The translations under genes were made by a program, and so were the position numbers. A stretch of DNA of 55,422 bases. Source: Bradyrhizobium sp. GTDB taxonomy: Bacteria; Pseudomonadota; Alphaproteobacteria; Rhizobiales; Xanthobacteraceae. The stretch covers positions 1 through 55,422 of the forward strand of contig NZ_JBEKXH010000001.1 in NCBI RefSeq assembly GCF_049512235.1, given 5' to 3'. The notes under the pieces were generated by a model, which was not told the origin of the DNA, did not search any database, and was given only the letters and a program-made list of their open reading frames with translations. This document shows positions 41,639 through 51,733 of the stretch, in pieces (within the stretch, counting starts at the first letter, position 1; every line of letters begins with the position of its first letter).

Positions 41639-43606
41639 ATGTCATTGACGATGGCCCAAGGAATGAAACGCCTGGGGACGCCGATCGCGGCCTTTCTCGG
41701 CGTGGTGTTGGTTGGCCTGATCGCGACCTCCTGGTTGCTCAATCGGGACGCCCTGCGCCAGGCCGTCGAGGCGCAAATCCGGGCCGTGACCGGCCTCGAT
41801 CTCGTGGTCAAGGGCAATATCGATGTGTCGGTCTTTCCCGGAAGCTACGTGTCCTTCCACGACGTCGGCCTGAAGGGCGGCGGCACCTTGGCGCCTGCGC
41901 TCAACGTCGACGTTCTGACCGCCAATCTGCGCTTGCTGCCGCTGTTGCTGCAGCGTTTCGAGATCGCCGACGTCATGATGCTGCGCCCGCAGATCCACGT
42001 CATCCGCGAGGCCAATGGCGACAGCAACTGGACGCCATTCCTCGAGACCATCGCGCGCACCATGACACCGGGCGCCGACAGCCAGGTGTCGTTCTCGGAA
42101 ATCAGAGTCCAGGACGGGGTGATGAGCTACCAGGACGCCGCCCATCACGCCTCCGAAAAGCTTGACGATATCGACCTTTCCCTGGCCTGGCCCTCGATCT
42201 CGCGTTCGTTCGCGGCGACCGGGCAATTCAATTGGCGCGGCGAGCGCGTCGATGGCTCGATCAGCATCGCCGACTTCATCGCAGCGCTGTCGGGCGAGCG
42301 CTCCGGCCTGAAGGCGCGGCTCGCCAGCGCGCCCGTAAAACTGGCTTTCGACGGCGCCATCGCCGATCGCACCAGCATGATGATGGAAGGCACGCTGACC
42401 ATCGACAGCCCGTCCCTGCGCGACGCCCTGCGCTGGACCGGCCAGGCCCAACCAGGCAGCGGGGGGTTCGGCCGCTTCGCGCTGAAGGCGCGCGCCAACG
42501 TCGTCGGCCCGTCGATCGCGCTGACCAACGTCAATGTCGAACTCGACGGCAACGTCGCCGAAGGCGTGATCACTTTCGCCAATAATGGCCGCCAGACGCT
42601 GCAGGCGACGCTGGCCGCCGACGCGCTCGACTTCACGCCCTACATCTCGACCTTCCGCCTGCTCGCCGGTGGCGCCCACGACTGGAACCGGCAGCTGTTC
42701 GATGTCAACGCACTGTCATCCACTGACCTCGACATGCGCCTGTCGGCGGCGCGGGTGACGGTCGGCTCGACCAAACTCGGCCGCACCGCGGTCGGCGCCA
42801 ATATGCGCGGCGGCGCGCTGGCGCTCTCCGTCGGCGAGGCGCAGGTGTATGGCGGGGTCGCCAAGGGCTCGTTCGGAATAGCGCGCTCGGATGCGGTCGC
42901 CGACATCAAGGCGCAGCTGCAGTTCACCGACGTCGATCTGCAATCCTGCGCCGGCGAATTGTTCGGCATCAACAACTTGACCGGCCACGGCAACCTCAAC
43001 CTCGCGCTGACCGCCTCGGGGGCGAGCCCGTTCGGCCTGGCGCAATCGCTCGACGGCACCGCCACGCTGACCGGCCATGACGGCGCCATCGCAGGCTTCA
43101 ATGTCGAGCAGTTGCTGCGGCGGCTGCAACGCCAGCCGCTGTCCGGCACCGGCAGTTTTCGCGGCGGCGCGACGCCCTACGACACCATGACCATCGCGGT
43201 GAAATTCGCAGACGGGATCGCCACCGCCCAGGATGTCCGCGTCGAAGGCCCGGCGACGCGCATCACCCTGACCGGCACCTCCTCGGTGCCGGCGCGCGAA
43301 TACGACCTCAAGGGCATCGCCAGCCTGACGTCGGCGCCATCAGGCGGGCAAACTTTCGATCTGCCGTTCGTGGTGCAGGGCCCGTGGGACGATCCCCTGA
43401 TCTTCCCGGATCCGGAAAGCCTGATACGGCGCTCGCCGGCGTCCGCGCCCTTGCTCGACGCGCTCAAGGACCGCAAGACGCGCGATGCGGTGCGCTCGGT
43501 GCTGGAGCGGTTTACGGGGGGCGGGGCGAAGCCGGCGGCGGTGCCGGATGCGGCGGCGGCGCCGGCGAGTGAGCCGGCGGCGGTGGGCGCGGCGAAGCCG
43601 GATTGA
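41639..43606 (+). CDS. asmA: AsmA family protein
   Basis: N-terminal membrane anchor, beta-rich body, C-terminal FDLPFVVQGPWDDPLIFPDPESLIRRS typical of rhizobial AsmA. Confidence 0.8.
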   Translation: MSLTMAQGMKRLGTPIAAFLGVVLVGLIATSWLLNRDALRQAVEAQIRAVTGLDLVVKGNIDVSVFPGSYVSFHDVGLKGGGTLAPALNVDVLTANLRLLPLLLQRFEIADVMMLRPQIHVIREANGDSNWTPFLETIARTMTPGADSQVSFSEIRVQDGVMSYQDAAHHASEKLDDIDLSLAWPSISRSFAATGQFNWRGERVDGSISIADFIAALSGERSGLKARLASAPVKLAFDGAIADRTSMMMEGTLTIDSPSLRDALRWTGQAQPGSGGFGRFALKARANVVGPSIALTNVNVELDGNVAEGVITFANNGRQTLQATLAADALDFTPYISTFRLLAGGAHDWNRQLFDVNALSSTDLDMRLSAARVTVGSTKLGRTAVGANMRGGALALSVGEAQVYGGVAKGSFGIARSDAVADIKAQLQFTDVDLQSCAGELFGINNLTGHGNLNLALTASGASPFGLAQSLDGTATLTGHDGAIAGFNVEQLLRRLQRQPLSGTGSFRGGATPYDTMTIAVKFADGIATAQDVRVEGPATRITLTGTSSVPAREYDLKGIASLTSAPSGGQTFDLPFVVQGPWDDPLIFPDPESLIRRSPASAPLLDALKDRKTRDAVRSVLERFTGGGAKPAAVPDAAAAPASEPAAVGAAKPD

Positions 43607-43673
43607 CGATTACGTTGCGCGTTCGTAAGCCGTAAGGCGGATCGGATGCCTCCTTGCTGTCGAAGGGGAGACC

Positions 43674-44168
<495 letters not shown>

Positions 44169-44233
44169 TCAACGCTGGCGGAAATCGGAGCGGCCGCGGC
44201 GCCGGCAAAAGCGTGATGGGCGAAGACTCTCTG

Positions 44234-44372
44234 CTCCCCTCCCTCCGCGAAGCGGCGGGGAGGGGTCGGGGGTGGGGGGTCTCTCGCCGGCGGCGGTGCT
44301 CGTGGCGCCCCCACCCCCGACCCTTCCCCGCCATCCGGCTTCGCTGCGCAACGCCGGACGGAGGGAGGGGAG
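44234..44372. repeat. G/C-rich palindromic miniature repeat element (RIME/REP/MITE-like), copy A
   Basis: Terminal inverted repeat CTCCCCTCCCTCCG / CGGAGGGAGGGGAG plus inner inverted repeat GCGGGGAGGGGTCGGGGGTGGGGG / CCCCCACCCCCGACCCTTCCCCGC. Confidence 0.8.
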
Positions 44373-44377
44373 AAGCA

Positions 44378-44764
44378 CTAAAGCTGGGATTCGATAGCGG
44401 CCTTGTCTATGACCGACCATACTTTCTCGATCCGTTCATCTCGGAACTCATAGAATACGTTTTCGGTGAACGCTATTCTCTTGCCGTTGACAGGGAGGCC
44501 AAACAGGATTCCTTTCGGCGTGCAGTCGAAGCTCAGACGGCTCGCTAGACGAGGTGGTTCGGAAATCAGCAGACGGATGTCAAAATAGAGGTCTGGAATC
44601 GCACGAAAATCTCCCTCCAGCATCTCGCGATAGCCTGATAACCCGATCCGCTCGCCGTTGTAACGAACTTGCTCATGAACGAACTGCCCCAGATTCGGCC
44701 AGTCCTGTTTGTTCAGGCAGGCAATGTAGTTTCGGTAGATATCGGAGAGGCCGGCTTTGGTCAT
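44378..44764 (-). CDS. SnoaL-like ester cyclase family protein
   Basis: YRNYIACLNKQDW..L.QFV, FRAIPDL.F, RLSFDCTPKG.LFGLPVNGKRI.F.ENVFY.F...I..VWSVID. Confidence 0.85.
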   Translation of the reverse strand: MTKAGLSDIYRNYIACLNKQDWPNLGQFVHEQVRYNGERIGLSGYREMLEGDFRAIPDLYFDIRLLISEPPRLASRLSFDCTPKGILFGLPVNGKRIAFTENVFYEFRDERIEKVWSVIDKAAIESQL

Positions 44765-44870
44765 AGCAGTTGCACCGTGTTCAAGTTGGACAAAATCATA
44801 TTGATGCCTCCAGTGCAGTGATTTTGATGTTCTGATCATGCCGCCAATGTAAAATGCTCGCGATGCTGCG

Positions 44871-45011
44871 CCCCCTCTCCCGCTCTTCGCGGGGGAGGGC
44901 TGGGGTGGGGGAAAGCCACATCCGCCTTCGCCAGAGGCTTCGGCGGACAAGTCGGCAGTCCCCGAGTAGCGCCCCCACCCCACCCTCCCCCGCGAAGAGC
45001 GGGAGAGGGAG
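44871..45011. repeat. G/C-rich palindromic miniature repeat element, copy B, with a nested small hairpin repeat
   Basis: About 40-bp inverted arms CCCCCTCTCCCGCTCTTCGCGGGGGAGGGCTGGGGTGGGGG / CCCCCACCCCACCCTCCCCCGCGAAGAGCGGGAGAGGGAG, with internal TCCGCCTTCGCCAGAGGCTTCGGCGGACAAGTC. Confidence 0.8.
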
Positions 45012-45169
45012 TGAGAGCACAACGCCCCTGGCCTGAATCGATAGGTTTCACGGAATCGCTCGTCAATCATTCGGAAACCATTTTCGTCTTTTGCCGGGCG
45101 CGCTAACGAAATGGAAAAACGTTGAATCGAGACTTCCGATCACTGCAGACTGGGACTGGGGAAAATGTC

Positions 45170-45421
45170 ATGGCTGTGAGTGGAAAAGCCATCCACGAAA
45201 ACGTCCGCCGATATCGCGCGATCGCTTCGCTGTACCGTCAAACCGCGGCCTTTCGTCCGCATCAGAGCCGCACTCTATTGGAGCAGGCCGAGGCGTGGGA
45301 GCATCTCGCCCTGAGGGAGCTCGAAGCCTACTTCGCGCTCTGCGACGCTCCCGCATACGACCGGCAACCGCGCAAGCCCGCCGACACCGGCACGCGCTGG
45401 CCGATGGCCGCGGCCGCGTGA
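45170..45421 (+). CDS. Small helical hypothetical protein
   Basis: 83 aa; RRYRAIASLYRQTAAF...LLEQAEAWEHLA; GGGGA upstream. Confidence 0.65.
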   Translation: MAVSGKAIHENVRRYRAIASLYRQTAAFRPHQSRTLLEQAEAWEHLALRELEAYFALCDAPAYDRQPRKPADTGTRWPMAAAA

Positions 45422-45500
45422 TTGCTGGTGTCGACGGCTCCGCTGCCCGGCGGACGGCCGCAGACCGGCGCATTCACGCAGCCGCCGATCGGATGTCGCG

Positions 45501-45956
45501 CTACGCTTCGCCCTTCCCTGGGCCAGGATCGGCGCCGGGATTTCCGCCTGCGGCCGCGATCCCCAGCCTGCCAACGTAATGCGCCCAACCCTTGGCGTGG
45601 CCGGCGCGCTGCGCCGCGTTGGGAAGACCGCTATGGGTCATGCGCAGCAAAGTGCCGCCGTCCCGATCGATCAGGTCAATCTCGATCAGACCCGATCCCG
45701 GCGGCACCTCCTCATCGCCGTCCCAACCAAAGCTGTAGGCTAGCCGGTGCACCGGCACGACCTCGCGGAACGTGCCGCGCGCCACGCGGCGGTTGTTGAC
45801 ACCCTTGAGGAGATAGAGCCCGCCCGGATGTATCTCGGTCTCCGCGTCGGTGCCCATCCAGCGGATGATCTTTTCGGGATCGGTCAGGAAGGCGAAGACG
45901 GTCGCGGGCGAAGCTGCGATCTGGGTCTCTTGCCGGACCATGAACGGCTCAGTCAT
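45501..45956 (-). CDS. SRPBCC / AHSA1-domain protein
   Basis: IAASPATVFAFLTDPEKIIRW, GTFREVVPVHRLAYSFGW, GGTLLRMTHSGL, HAKGW. Confidence 0.88.
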   Translation of the reverse strand: MTEPFMVRQETQIAASPATVFAFLTDPEKIIRWMGTDAETEIHPGGLYLLKGVNNRRVARGTFREVVPVHRLAYSFGWDGDEEVPPGSGLIEIDLIDRDGGTLLRMTHSGLPNAAQRAGHAKGWAHYVGRLGIAAAGGNPGADPGPGKGEA

Positions 45957-46045
45957 CGGAGGCTCCTTGATTGGGGTTGCGATCGAAGCGCCGGGCGGCG
46001 CGCGAAGTCAGGTCATGCGGATGCGTCATCCAGGCCCGGCTCGGA

Positions 46046-47257
46046 TCACGCCGGCACTGGCGCAGCCTGCGCATTTGGAAACGGCCGGAAGCTCAAGGCC
46101 ATCAGGAACGCGCCGAGGCCCATGCCCCACGCGCCGATATAGAGCCACGCGTAGCTCGCGAAGGTATCGTAGATCAGGCCGCCGGCAATCGGTCCCGTGG
46201 CCATGCCGAGACTGCCCGCCATCGCGGTGCCGCCGATCACGGTGCCCATCATCTTCAACGGGAAATTTTCCCGCGCCAGCACCGCGTAGAGCGGCATGAC
46301 GCCGGCATAGACGAAGCCGAACAACGCGGCGACCGCATAGAACGCGGACAGCTCGCGCACGAAGACGTAGCCCAGCGCACCGAACGCCTGGACCAGCAGC
46401 CCCCCGACCAGAACGCGCTTGGCGCCCAAACGGTCGCCGAGCAGGCCGAAGGCGATGCGGCCGCCCAATCCCGCCAGCCCTTCCACGCTGTAGATCGAAA
46501 CCGCGGCCAGCATCGGGATGCCGCAACTGATGGCGTAGCTCACGGTGTGGACGATCGGACCGGAATGCGTGGCGCAGCAGAAAAAATTCGTCGCGATGAG
46601 GATGATGAACTGCGGCGACCTGAGAGCCTGCGAGAGCGACATCTCCGATTGCGGCCGGACATCGCCTGACGCAACGGCACCGCCCGCGAGCGCGGGCGGG
46701 CGGCGCACCAGCAGCGCGGCCGGAATCATGAAGGCCGCGACGACGACGGCAAGGATCTGCATCGTGGTTCGCCAGTCATGGCTGGAGACGAGCCAGGCCA
46801 CGAGCGGCGACATGGTCAGCGGCGCCATCCCCATGCCGGCCGACACCAGCGACACCGCAAGGCTGCGATTGGTGTCGAACCAGCCGGTGACGCAGGCCAT
46901 CATCGGCGCGAAGATGGCGGCAGTCGCCGCTCCCAAAAGCAGGCCGAAGAGCAGCTGAAATTCGATCAATGAGGTCGCACGGCTCGCCAGCGCCAGGCTT
47001 GCCGCGATGACGATTGAGCCGGTCAGCACCACCGGGAGCGCCCCGACCCGATCCGACAACGTCCCCCAGATCATGCTCGTGGAGGCCATCGCAAGAAAGC
47101 CGATCGTCATGGCACTGGATACACCGGCGACCGACCAGCCGGTATCCCGCGCCATCGGCTGCAGCAAAACGGGCAGCGAAAACATGCCGCCGATTGCAAC
47201 ACAGCCCAACAGGCCGCCGGCCGCCACAATGACCCAGCGATAGCGAGAATTGTTCAT
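46046..47257 (-). CDS. MFS transporter
   Basis: About 12 hydrophobic segments; motif A variants GTLSDRVG and GLLGDRLGAKR. Confidence 0.9.
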   Translation of the reverse strand: MNNSRYRWVIVAAGGLLGCVAIGGMFSLPVLLQPMARDTGWSVAGVSSAMTIGFLAMASTSMIWGTLSDRVGALPVVLTGSIVIAASLALASRATSLIEFQLLFGLLLGAATAAIFAPMMACVTGWFDTNRSLAVSLVSAGMGMAPLTMSPLVAWLVSSHDWRTTMQILAVVVAAFMIPAALLVRRPPALAGGAVASGDVRPQSEMSLSQALRSPQFIILIATNFFCCATHSGPIVHTVSYAISCGIPMLAAVSIYSVEGLAGLGGRIAFGLLGDRLGAKRVLVGGLLVQAFGALGYVFVRELSAFYAVAALFGFVYAGVMPLYAVLARENFPLKMMGTVIGGTAMAGSLGMATGPIAGGLIYDTFASYAWLYIGAWGMGLGAFLMALSFRPFPNAQAAPVPA

Positions 47258-47387
47258 TCCATGTCTCCGTTCCAGCTCTCTGGACACAGGACGAATGAGA
47301 AGGCGCGAAAGGCGACACGCTGGCTCCCCATGCCGCCTCACTTCTTTGTGAGCGCCCCCTGTCGCGCCCGGCGCCCGCGGTCATGAC

Positions 47388-48668
47388 TTACTCGTCAAAG
47401 GCTCCGTACACGAGGTTCTTCAGAGCCACTCTGATCCTCGTTCGCTGCGAGACCGTCTGCGCCATGAAGACCACGAACATGTTTTCCTTGCGGTCGATCC
47501 AGAAAGTCGTGCCGCCCGCGCCGGACCAGTTCATCTCGCCGATCGAGCCTTCCGCCGGGCTCACACCGGCCTCGGTGCGGACGGCAAAGCCCAGTCCGAA
47601 CCCGAAGCCCGCCCCCGGCAAATAGTAGGGGCCGGGAATCACGCCGGAGCCGGGGCCGATATGGTTCGATCCCATGTAGGCGATCGTCTTCGGGCTCAGA
47701 TATCGCTTGCCGTCCAACGTGCCGCCATTGAGTACCATCTGCGCGAAACGCGCATAGTCAGGGATCGTGGACACCATGCCTCCGCCGCCTGACTCCCACT
47801 TCTTCGCGACGCGCGGATCATCCATTTCGGCATCGTTGCCGATCTTCCGATCGTTCGGGAAGGGCTCCGCCACCAGCGCCTTCTTGGCGGCATCGGTGAC
47901 GTAGAAGCTCGTGTCCTTCATGCCGAGCGGATCGAGCAGCCGTTCTTTTTCGAACTGGTAGAGCGATTTCCCGGAGACTACTTCGATCACCCGGCCCAGG
48001 ACATCGGTCGAGTGACTGTAGTCCCAGGTCGTGCCCGGCTGATAGGCCAGGGGCAAGCTGGCGATACGTTCCGCGAAGGCGGCATTGTCGACGTCGCCGG
48101 CAAACAGGTGAGCGTCGACGTAGGCCTTCTTGACCATGCCCTCGCCGAAGAAGCCGTAGGTGATACCGGAAGTGTGTCGCATCAGGTCCTGGATGGTGAT
48201 GGGACGCCTGGCCGGGACCATGTCCAGGGTGGTCGTTCCATCCTCCGCCTTCTCGATGCCCACTTTGGCATTCGCGAATGCCGGGATGTATTTCGACAGG
48301 GGATCGTCGAGCTGCAGCCTGCCCTCTTCGACCAGCATCATCGCGGCCACCGTCGTGATCGGTTTGGACATCGAGTAGATGCGGAAGATGGTGTCGGGCG
48401 TCATGGGCTCCTTGGTGCCGGGGTCCCGAACGCCGAAGCTTTCGAAGTAGGCGGTCTTTCCGTTGCGCTGGATCATCATGATCGCACCCGGAATCTTGTT
48501 TGCGGCGATCTCGTTCTTGATATAGGCGTCGATGCGGGCAAGGCCTGCGCTGGCGAAGCCAACTTCGCTCGGCTTGGCGAGGTTTTGTTCCTGGCTGAAC
48601 GCAAAGGGAATGCCGAGAAGCAGCGTTGCGGCGACGGTAAAACCGGGCAAGCGAACGGATGAGAGCAT
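47388..48668 (-). CDS. Beta-lactamase-family serine hydrolase (exported esterase)
   Basis: Signal peptide; catalytic SxxK in FRIYSMSKP; [23 protein letters not shown]. Confidence 0.9.
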   Translation of the reverse strand: MLSSVRLPGFTVAATLLLGIPFAFSQEQNLAKPSEVGFASAGLARIDAYIKNEIAANKIPGAIMMIQRNGKTAYFESFGVRDPGTKEPMTPDTIFRIYSMSKPITTVAAMMLVEEGRLQLDDPLSKYIPAFANAKVGIEKAEDGTTTLDMVPARRPITIQDLMRHTSGITYGFFGEGMVKKAYVDAHLFAGDVDNAAFAERIASLPLAYQPGTTWDYSHSTDVLGRVIEVVSGKSLYQFEKERLLDPLGMKDTSFYVTDAAKKALVAEPFPNDRKIGNDAEMDDPRVAKKWESGGGGMVSTIPDYARFAQMVLNGGTLDGKRYLSPKTIAYMGSNHIGPGSGVIPGPYYLPGAGFGFGLGFAVRTEAGVSPAEGSIGEMNWSGAGGTTFWIDRKENMFVVFMAQTVSQRTRIRVALKNLVYGAFDE

Positions 48669-49061
48669 TTCTCTGGCCTCCCTGATTTTCGGATCTTGGC
48701 GTCCGAGCGAGACCGTGCACCAGCTGATGGCGTCCGATCGAAGCAAAGTGTCGCTTGGCCGGACGTGCCTGGCAAGCCCCCGAAGGTCCGCTCGGATGAA
48801 ACGTGTAAGGCAGGCTGGTGTCCCAGACGCGCTGCGGGGCTCTTGCCGCCGGGCTGCGTCCCCGGGGTCCGAAAGCTAGCGGTATGCTCTTGGTGAGCTC
48901 GCCAGACCGTCGGCGCTCAACGGCGGGAGACGTCCATTGCGGCAGGCGCTATGCGACTGCAGATGAATTCGGGCAAACTCTTGCCTGGTGCTCTGTGGCG
49001 TGCACCACAGACAAGGCGCCGCACGGCGTGCGACAACTCACCCCTGCCAAGGAGGTGCGCC

Positions 49062-49256
49062 GTGTCTGAGTCCAACGACGAGCAAAAGCGTGAATTAGAG
49101 TGCCTGCGTCTGGCGTCGGACTTGCTGCAACTCTCCCGAGAAACCCTAAACCCGGATTTCAAGGCGCATTGCCTTCGGATGGCAGGTGCTTGGACTGATC
49201 AAGTGGTTCCGGGGCTGTCCGATGACCCCGCACCCCCCAATTATTTGCTTCATTGA
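49062..49256 (+). CDS. Small helical hypothetical protein
   Basis: Strong RBS AAGGAGG before GTG 49062; ELECLRLASDLLQLSRETLNPDFKAHCLRMAGAW. Confidence 0.7.
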   Translation: MSESNDEQKRELECLRLASDLLQLSRETLNPDFKAHCLRMAGAWTDQVVPGLSDDPAPPNYLLH

Positions 49257-49419
49257 CATGATGGACGCGGTGGGGACAGACCTGCGCCGGTCATCCTGAT
49301 TGTCGAGACGACCCGCTCCTGCGGACGCTTGCCGTCGAATTGGTCAAGGAGGCAGGGGACGAAGCAAGAGCAGGGCTGGCCGGATGGGCTGAACAGCCCG
49401 CCGTTTCCGCCTTCATGCA

Positions 49420-50112
49420 CTATTCCCTGTCGACCGCCCGGTCGGCTGCAATGTGCGGCTTGTCGTGCAGAACGGCGTTTAACAGCGAGTTATGGACCTT
49501 TATTGTTCCGTTGTAGTCGATCAAGCCCAGCTTCCGGAATTTGTTCATGAAAAAACTCACGCGGGATCGGGTGGTGCCGATCATCTCCGCCAGTGTTTCC
49601 TGACTGATCGCGGCAAGAACAGGTCGCGGCGGGCCATCTTTTCCGAAATGGGCGAGCAACAGCAGCAGACGCGCTAGCCGCTTTTCGCTGGAATTGAACA
49701 GCTGGTCGACCAAATCCTCTTCGATCCGACCATTCCGGGTCAGGAGATACGCCATGAACAGCTCGGAGAATTTCGGCTCGCCATCAAGGACGGCGTTCAT
49801 CGCGTCCTTGGTAATCGATGTGATGACGCAGTCCTCCATCGCCATCGAGGTGCCGATCCGAAGCGGACGGCCATTCAGGCACCCTTCGCCGAAGAATTGT
49901 CCGGGCTCTAGAATTCCGACCACCGCTTCCTTGCCTTGCTCGGATATGACAGTGAGCTTGACCCTGCCTTTTTGAACGTAAAAAACCGATTCCGCGACCT
50001 CTCCCTGCGCGAAAATAATTTTATTCTTCCGGTATCCCAGAATCGCCTTCCCCATCCCAACTTTGGCGAGGAAGACCTTGGGGTCGAACATGTCCTTGGC
50101 GGGCTTCCCCAC
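49420..50112 (-). CDS. Crp/Fnr family transcriptional regulator
   Basis: cNMP-binding GQFFGEGCL, FNSSEKRLARLLLLLA, HTH SQETLAEMIGTTRSRVSFFMNKFR. GTG start at 50112 after GGGAGG. Confidence 0.92.
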   Translation of the reverse strand: MGKPAKDMFDPKVFLAKVGMGKAILGYRKNKIIFAQGEVAESVFYVQKGRVKLTVISEQGKEAVVGILEPGQFFGEGCLNGRPLRIGTSMAMEDCVITSITKDAMNAVLDGEPKFSELFMAYLLTRNGRIEEDLVDQLFNSSEKRLARLLLLLAHFGKDGPPRPVLAAISQETLAEMIGTTRSRVSFFMNKFRKLGLIDYNGTIKVHNSLLNAVLHDKPHIAADRAVDRE

Positions 50113-50606
50113 GAGTTCCCTCCCCTCAGATCGAATCGAAGGTTCTTGCAATCTTAGAGTGTAGGCGGCGGGTGGAAACCTTATTTTAGTACCAAGAGCA
50201 ATTGCAGCTTTTCGGACCGGGTTGAAGCTAGACAGCTTATAGAAAGGCGATCACATTGGAAAAGATCATGCCGACGGAATCGGTCGCCTGGTTTGGTGGC
50301 AGCTTTAAATTTTTGAGAATGAGCTATATTGGCCAACCAGTCGGGACCCGAAACGTCATGCTGGATCGATCACCGCCCGTCCCGGCGGTGACTGGGAGCG
50401 TTGCGCTCCCGCCGCATCAAGGGAAGCGTCATGTTCAATCGGTCCGTTCCCTCGTTCTTCCATCGCAAAGCTTTCCGAACCCAAAAAACCGCCCCGGCGC
50501 GGGGACGAACTGAATGCCGATATCGCAGGGCAAAGCAGCGCTGGTTGCCGCCGAGCAACACGGTAAGATTCGTGTCGCGTGGCTGCCAATAACCGGATCG
50601 AACTCT

Positions 50607-51650
50607 GTGTCTGAGACAGCAAACAAGTCCAACGAGCAGAAAGTCGCCGAAGCCGCAGTCGACGGCTTTCGGAAGAACCTTGGCCCGTTCGTCGTTGCCG
50701 CCGAAACCACGCGAATGGCGATGGTGTTTACGGATGCAAAGGAATTCGGCAATCCTATCATCTTTGCCAATGACAGCTTTCTTTCCTTGACGGGATACGG
50801 CCGGGAAGAGGTGCTCGGCCAAAGCTTTAATTTCCTGATGGCGCAGCCTGCCGATACGGAGGCGCTGGCGCATATTGCCGCCGAGTTTAAGGGCAATACG
50901 GACGGTGGATCGGAAATTCGTTACCGCCGGAAGGATAACAGCGAATTCTGGGCCACTATCTTCGTCAGCCCGGTTCGGGACGAGAACGGTATTGTCGTTC
51001 AGAATTTTGCGTCGTTCGTTGACCTCACCAGACACAAGGAGGACGAAGCTCAGTCCAGGATGCTTATCGGCGAGCTGAACCATCGCGTGAAGAACATCCT
51101 TTCGACGGTGCAATCGATCGTCTGGCAGACTTTGCGAACCGCTTCCGATCCCAGGATGATCCGGGAATCGATCGAGTCCCGGTTGTTTGCGCTGTCCCGG
51201 TCGCACGACCTGTTAACGCGAGAAAATTGGCACAGTGCAGGGTTGTGCGATGTGATCAACGATGCCATGGAGCCTTTCGCTGTCGCAGACGGCCGGGCGG
51301 AGCGAATTGTCGTTATGGGCGAGAACATCCGTCTCGCGCCACAAGCAGCCTTGGCGCTTGGCATTGTATTCAATGAGCTTGCGACCAATGCCGTGAAGTA
51401 CGGTGCATTTTCCAGCGGAGCGGGATCAATCCTGATCGAGTGGACGGCGGAGCCGGCGCCGGTGGGGGTTCGGCTTCTCTTGCGCTGGCGAGAGAAGGGC
51501 GGGCCGCCCGTCACGCCCCCGGCACACAAAGGATTTGGCTCGCGGGTGATCGAGCGCGGTTTGGCCCACGAACCGGAAGGCACGGTTGATCTCGACTACC
51601 GGCCGGACGGCCTGGTCTGTACGATGACCCTTCGCGCACCGAATAGATGA
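50607..51650 (+). CDS. LOV-like PAS / HWE-family histidine kinase
   Basis: NPIIFANDSFLSLTGY.REEVLG PAS domain, H-box ELNHRVKN, NELATNAVKYG, WREKGGP, GFGSR. Start uncertain; the ORF is open from 50514. Confidence 0.88.
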   Translation: MSETANKSNEQKVAEAAVDGFRKNLGPFVVAAETTRMAMVFTDAKEFGNPIIFANDSFLSLTGYGREEVLGQSFNFLMAQPADTEALAHIAAEFKGNTDGGSEIRYRRKDNSEFWATIFVSPVRDENGIVVQNFASFVDLTRHKEDEAQSRMLIGELNHRVKNILSTVQSIVWQTLRTASDPRMIRESIESRLFALSRSHDLLTRENWHSAGLCDVINDAMEPFAVADGRAERIVVMGENIRLAPQAALALGIVFNELATNAVKYGAFSSGAGSILIEWTAEPAPVGVRLLLRWREKGGPPVTPPAHKGFGSRVIERGLAHEPEGTVDLDYRPDGLVCTMTLRAPNR

Positions 51651-51733
51651 ATGCGCCGTCTGGATCGGCCCGCCGGAATGCAGTAGGCTTTTACCCAGCT
51701 GGTTAAAAAAATCGGCGCATCAGGGAGAATGAC

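Noticed and set aside
44765-45070. N-terminal extension of the ester-cyclase ORF, and Pro/Gly-rich ORFs across 44057-44548 and 53164-53517
   Set aside because: These are translations of the palindromic repeat elements, not protein-like sequence.
48818-48870. Degenerate GTGTCCC.GACGC...GCGTCC palindrome resembling another rhizobial repeat
   Set aside because: Too decayed and single-copy in this window to support a call.
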